Shown: in pieces, positions 60,070 to 64,000 of the stretch
How positions within the stretch are numbered: position 1 is the stretch's first letter
Layout of the letters: every line of letters starts with the position of its first letter
Assembly: GCA_051294905.1 (NCBI GenBank)
Contig: CM119378.1
Coordinates: 17,980,001-18,044,000, forward strand
Source: Botryllus schlosseri
Taxonomy: Eukaryota
DNA: 64,000 nt
Direction: 5' to 3'
Program-made: the position numbers and the translations under genes
Notes under the pieces: generated by a model
Seen by the model: the letters and a program-made list of their open reading frames with translations, nothing else
Told to the model about the DNA's origin: nothing
Databases searched by the model: none

Positions 60070-62430
60070 CAATGTTCCCTCTAATTTTTCAAGAGTCTGC
60101 GCAAACGCGCCAACTCACTGCGCAGGCCCTTGGACAACAGTGCGCAACCCCCCTTCAATAGGTGATGAAAGACAATGTTCATGCCACGCCGAGAAGACTA
60201 TCATTGGTTAGTTTCTCGCAGGGTTGTAATGACTCGAGTCATGACTCGACTCGAGTCAGACTCGAGTCACGATTTTTTTATGACTCGAATTGAGTCAATA
60301 TTTGGATTGACTCGACTTGTACTCGAGTCATTATGCATGACTCGACCCAAGTCATTGACTCGGCTTATTTTATATGACTTGAATATGAAAAAATTTGCGA
60401 ATCGTAATGGCTAGATCAACGCATCCGACGAATTCTGCCGACATCGCTATTTGTCACCACTGCTTTCGTTGCACTTGTCTCATATCAGATATGCCACCGT
60501 AAAAACAACAGAAAATGATACATAGTAGCAATAATGCATTGTACAAAATCGTCCAGTGATGAAGAGGTGATAGATCATCCGCAATTAAAGTACTCAAGAC
60601 TTTTCAATTATACAAGCAAACAATTGAAGCAAAGTTCAATTAGAGTCAATGAAATGACTCAGATGGTCAAGAGACTGATAAGCTCATGTGTAGATTTGAA
60701 GGCGATGATTTTTGCATTTTTGGGCGACTAGAAAGAATGAGTATTCAATGCTCTTCAGTGTGGTTCAAAAATGCTTGTCATTCCTGCATCTAGTGCACTA
60801 GTGGAACGTGTATTCAGTAGATGTGGATTCATTCTACGGCCATGCCGCTTTGACATATCTGAAGATCTCCTTTCCACATTAGTATTTTTGAGGTGTAACT
60901 CATTGATTTGATTTGCTGTCTGTGAAAACACACAATGCTCCTCGTCCATTTGACGTTTTGTTTGGTATGTGCATTGTGCACGTGAGTATAATAATGAATG
61001 GCTAATGTTGTGTGATGTTTGTACAATATGGCTGTTCTAAAATAACTTCTTTTTTATTTTACTGGGTGGTTACTTGATAAAATTGTTATGTTGCATAAAA
61101 GGAACACTGAATCTGGCTTAATTTGAAAAAAGTGGAATCAATGATGTGAGAGGAGAATATTTTGGATTTGAAAATAAATGGAGTGAGTATTTTAGTGAGA
61201 AATTCTTTCTTATAATATAATCACATAGTAGTAAGCCGACTATTTCTCATATCCAAAACATTCTACTCTAATAACTTCAAATTTGCTATGAATCATATTT
61301 TTACACAATGTAACAATATCATGAGATAGCCGGTAAAATTCTAAAATCTCTATTTGTAATTAGTCTAAAATTTTCTTTCATAGCATTGCTTTCTACTGGT
61401 TGGAATTGAGCCAAATTTGATTATTTAAGCAATCAAGCAATTTTAAGAAGTAGCCAGAAAATTTGAAAAAATGTTTTTGAACAGCCCCATTGTACAATTA
61501 TTAATCCAATGCTGTAACTGCGATGTAGTCTGTAATGCAATTGGGAAAACCTTTAGTATAATCAAAAGGTATCTGTTCTGTTGTCACTGCACAATGCACA
61601 TAGTTGCATGCACGCTTTTACAGCATGCTGGCCTGTTGTAAATACCTCTACATAAACATGCATCTATATTGATTCTCTATCAACTAGTATCTTGACGTGA
61701 ATTTGTTGGTTCTCTATCAGATAGTATGTAGACGTGAATTCGTTGGTTCTCTATCAGCTATTCGTGAGCTATCGTCGATGTGCTCATAACAAAAACTGAA
61801 TGCTTGTATTGGTGATGTATCAGACTGACAAGAGTGATATTTGATTTTAAGTTCTAAGATTAGTAAAGTTATATTTAGCATCGGTAAATGAGGCAAGGAC
61901 CTGTCCGGTATCTGCCCAAATAAACATGTGCCAGGACTCTGATAGGGACGAAATGAGCATGTTTCGCAAACAAGGAATTCGATATCACCCAAGCAGGATT
62001 GAAAACATGAGTTGAACATGACTTCAATACTGTGACTTGGACTCGACTCGAGTCATAACACCATGACTCGGACTTGACCCTTTAAACGGTGACTTCGACT
62101 CGGACTCGAGTCTGTGATAAATTGAAAATGACTCGACTCGAGTCAAAACCACAAAAGTATGATTGACTCGTGACTAGGAACCATGTGACTTGGTTACAAC
62201 CCTGGTTTCTCGCAGATTAACTTCGAGCTAGCCCATTGTTATTTATAACTTTGTTAAACCATGTTATTCCGCCATTCCCAGAAAATAATGCGCTATTGAA
62301 ATGATATCAGTATCGCTCACATGTACGAGGCCATACTACAAAAATATCTTCCTTGAGGCGCAGGTGAGTGTGAACTCTCACTTCTTCACGGAGCGCAATA
62401 GTTAACTTTGCGGGGCGCACTTGTACCTTG
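60070..62430. mobile_element. Degenerate TIR element splitting the minisatellite
   Basis: Flanked by ctctgcag on both sides (60062-60069, 62431-62438); ends caatgttc / gtaccttg match 6 of 8; removal restores perfect repeat register. Confidence 0.55.
60219..62204 (+). mobile_element. hAT deletion derivative (GACTCGA family) with dimerisation-domain remnant
   Basis: TIR cagggttgtaa; perfect TSD gtttctcg; 60771-60911 encodes VIPASSALVERVFSRCGFILRPCRFDISEDLLSTLVFLRCN. Confidence 0.92.
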
Positions 62431-63824
62431 CTCTGCAGGCAGAGAAATTGTCTCTGCAGGACGCGTAATATGCTCTGCAGGCCGCGTAATATGCTCTGCA
62501 GGCAGTGAAATTGTCTCTGCAGGCCGCGTAATATACTCTGCAGGCCGCGTAATATGCTCTGAAGGCAGTGAAATTGTCTCTGCAGGCCGCGTAATATACT
62601 CTGCAGGCCGCGTAATATGCTCTGCAGGCAGTGAAATTGTCTCTGCAGGCCGCTTAATATGCTCTGCAGGCAGCGAAATTGTCTCTGCAGGCCGCGTAAT
62701 ATGCTCTGCAGGCAGCGAATTTGTCTCTGCAGGCCGCGTAATATGCTCTGCAGGCCGCGTAATATGCTCTGCAGGCAGTGAAATTGTCTCTGCAGGCCGC
62801 GTAATATACTCTGCAGGCAGTGAAATTGTCTCTGCAGGCCGCGTAATATACTCTGCAGGCAGCGAAATTGTCTCTGCAGGCAGCGTAATATGCTCTGCAG
62901 GCAGCGAAATTGTCTCTGCAGGCCGCGTAATATGCTCTGCAGGCCGCGTAATATGCTCAACAGGCAGCGAAATTGTCTCTGCAGGCCGCGTAATATGCTC
63001 TGCAGGCCGCGTAATATGCTCTGCAGGCAGCGAAATTGTCTCTGCAGGCCGCGTAATATGCTCTGCAGGCCGCATAATATGCTCTGCAGGCAGCGAAATT
63101 GTCTCTGCAGGCCGCGTAATATGCTCTGCAGGCCGTGTAATATGCTCTGCAGGCCGCGAAATTGTCTCTGCAGGCCGCGTAATGTGCTCTGCAGGCCGTG
63201 TAATATGCTCTGCATGCAGCGAATTTGTCTCTGCAGGCCGCGTAATATGCTCTGCAGGCGGTGTAATATGCTCTGCAGGCCGCGTAATATGCTCTGCAGG
63301 CCGCGTAATATGCTCTGCAGGCAGCGAAATTGTCTCTGCTGGCCGCGTAATGTGCTCTGCAGGCCGTGTAATATGCTCTGCATGCAGCGAATTTGTCTCT
63401 GCAGGCCGCGTAATATGCTCTGCAGGCCGTGTAATATGCTCTGCAGGCCGCGTAATATGCTCCGCAGGCAGCGAAATTGACTCTGCAGGCCACGTAATAT
63501 GCTCTGCAGGCCGTGTAATATGCTCTGCAGGCCGCGTAATATGCTCTGCAGGCCGTGTAATATGCTCTGCAGGCAGCGAAATTGTCTCTGCAGGCCGCGT
63601 AATATGCTCTGCAGGCCGCGTAATATGCTCTACAGGCAGCGAAATTGTCTCTGCAGGCCGCGTAATATGCTCTGCAGGCCGCGTAATATGCTCTGCAGGC
63701 AGCGAAATTGTCTCTGCAGGCCGCGTAATATGCTCTGCAAGCCGTGTAATATGCTCTGCAGGCCGCGTAATATGCTCTGCAGGCAGCGAATTTGTCTCTG
63801 CAGGCCGCGTAATATGCTCTGCAG
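62431..63824. repeat. 21-bp two-unit minisatellite, right part
   Basis: About 66 interspersed A/B units in the same register as the left array. Confidence 0.95.
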
Positions 63825-64000
63825 CAGACTTGGACAACTAGATAATTCTAGTTGTCTAATTTCGCTAAATTAGAGCGAAATGCCAGTAATCTAATTCTAA
63901 TCTAATTTGGAAAAGCTGAAAATTTTCTAGTTGTCCAAGTATATGGTTGGACAACTAGATAATACTAGTTGTATAATTTCACTAAATTAGAGCGAAATGC
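63825..64000. mobile_element. Probable left end of another TIR element with ~120-bp tandem subterminal repeat (runs off the window)
   Basis: Starts cagacttggacaactag right after ctctgcag; ttggacaactagataat.ctagttgt.taattt...aaattagagcgaaatgc occurs twice. Confidence 0.5.

Noticed and set aside
62307-63873. Long ORFs (358-483 aa) on both strands
   Set aside because: A stop-free 21-bp unit keeps several frames open automatically; there are no proper ATG contexts and variants are not clearly synonymous. Treated as a minisatellite (one speculative splice model is kept as a finding).

Overview
Eukaryotic, AT-rich, transposon-dense animal genomic DNA. An invertebrate is likely; a marine deuterostome such as a tunicate is only my guess. 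Two host genes, both on +: an intronless GPAT3/4-type acyltransferase (16345-17778) and an 11-exon serine palmitoyltransferase LCB2 subunit gene (SPTLC2-like, 20114-41400, 529 aa, all introns GT-AG and in frame). The rest is mostly mobile DNA. At 6.0-14.4 kb a Penelope-like retroelement (RT + GIY-YIG, minimal hammerhead ribozyme at its 3' end) is split by a 5'-truncated L2/CR1-type LINE, itself split by a Charlie/Buster hAT, and by a MITE; each empty site can be rebuilt from the TSDs. There are many hAT MITEs with 8-bp TSDs (nested up to three deep), tRNA-derived SINEs, and hAT deletion derivatives, one with an unusual GC-rich transposase. At 48.2-57.8 kb a duplicated block encloses an LTR-like element with decayed unknown ORFs. 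A second minimal-hammerhead family is dispersed in four copies, and a 21-bp two-unit minisatellite is split by a transposon. No prokaryotic features or CRISPR arrays. All family assignments come from motif recognition by eye; no database searches were run.
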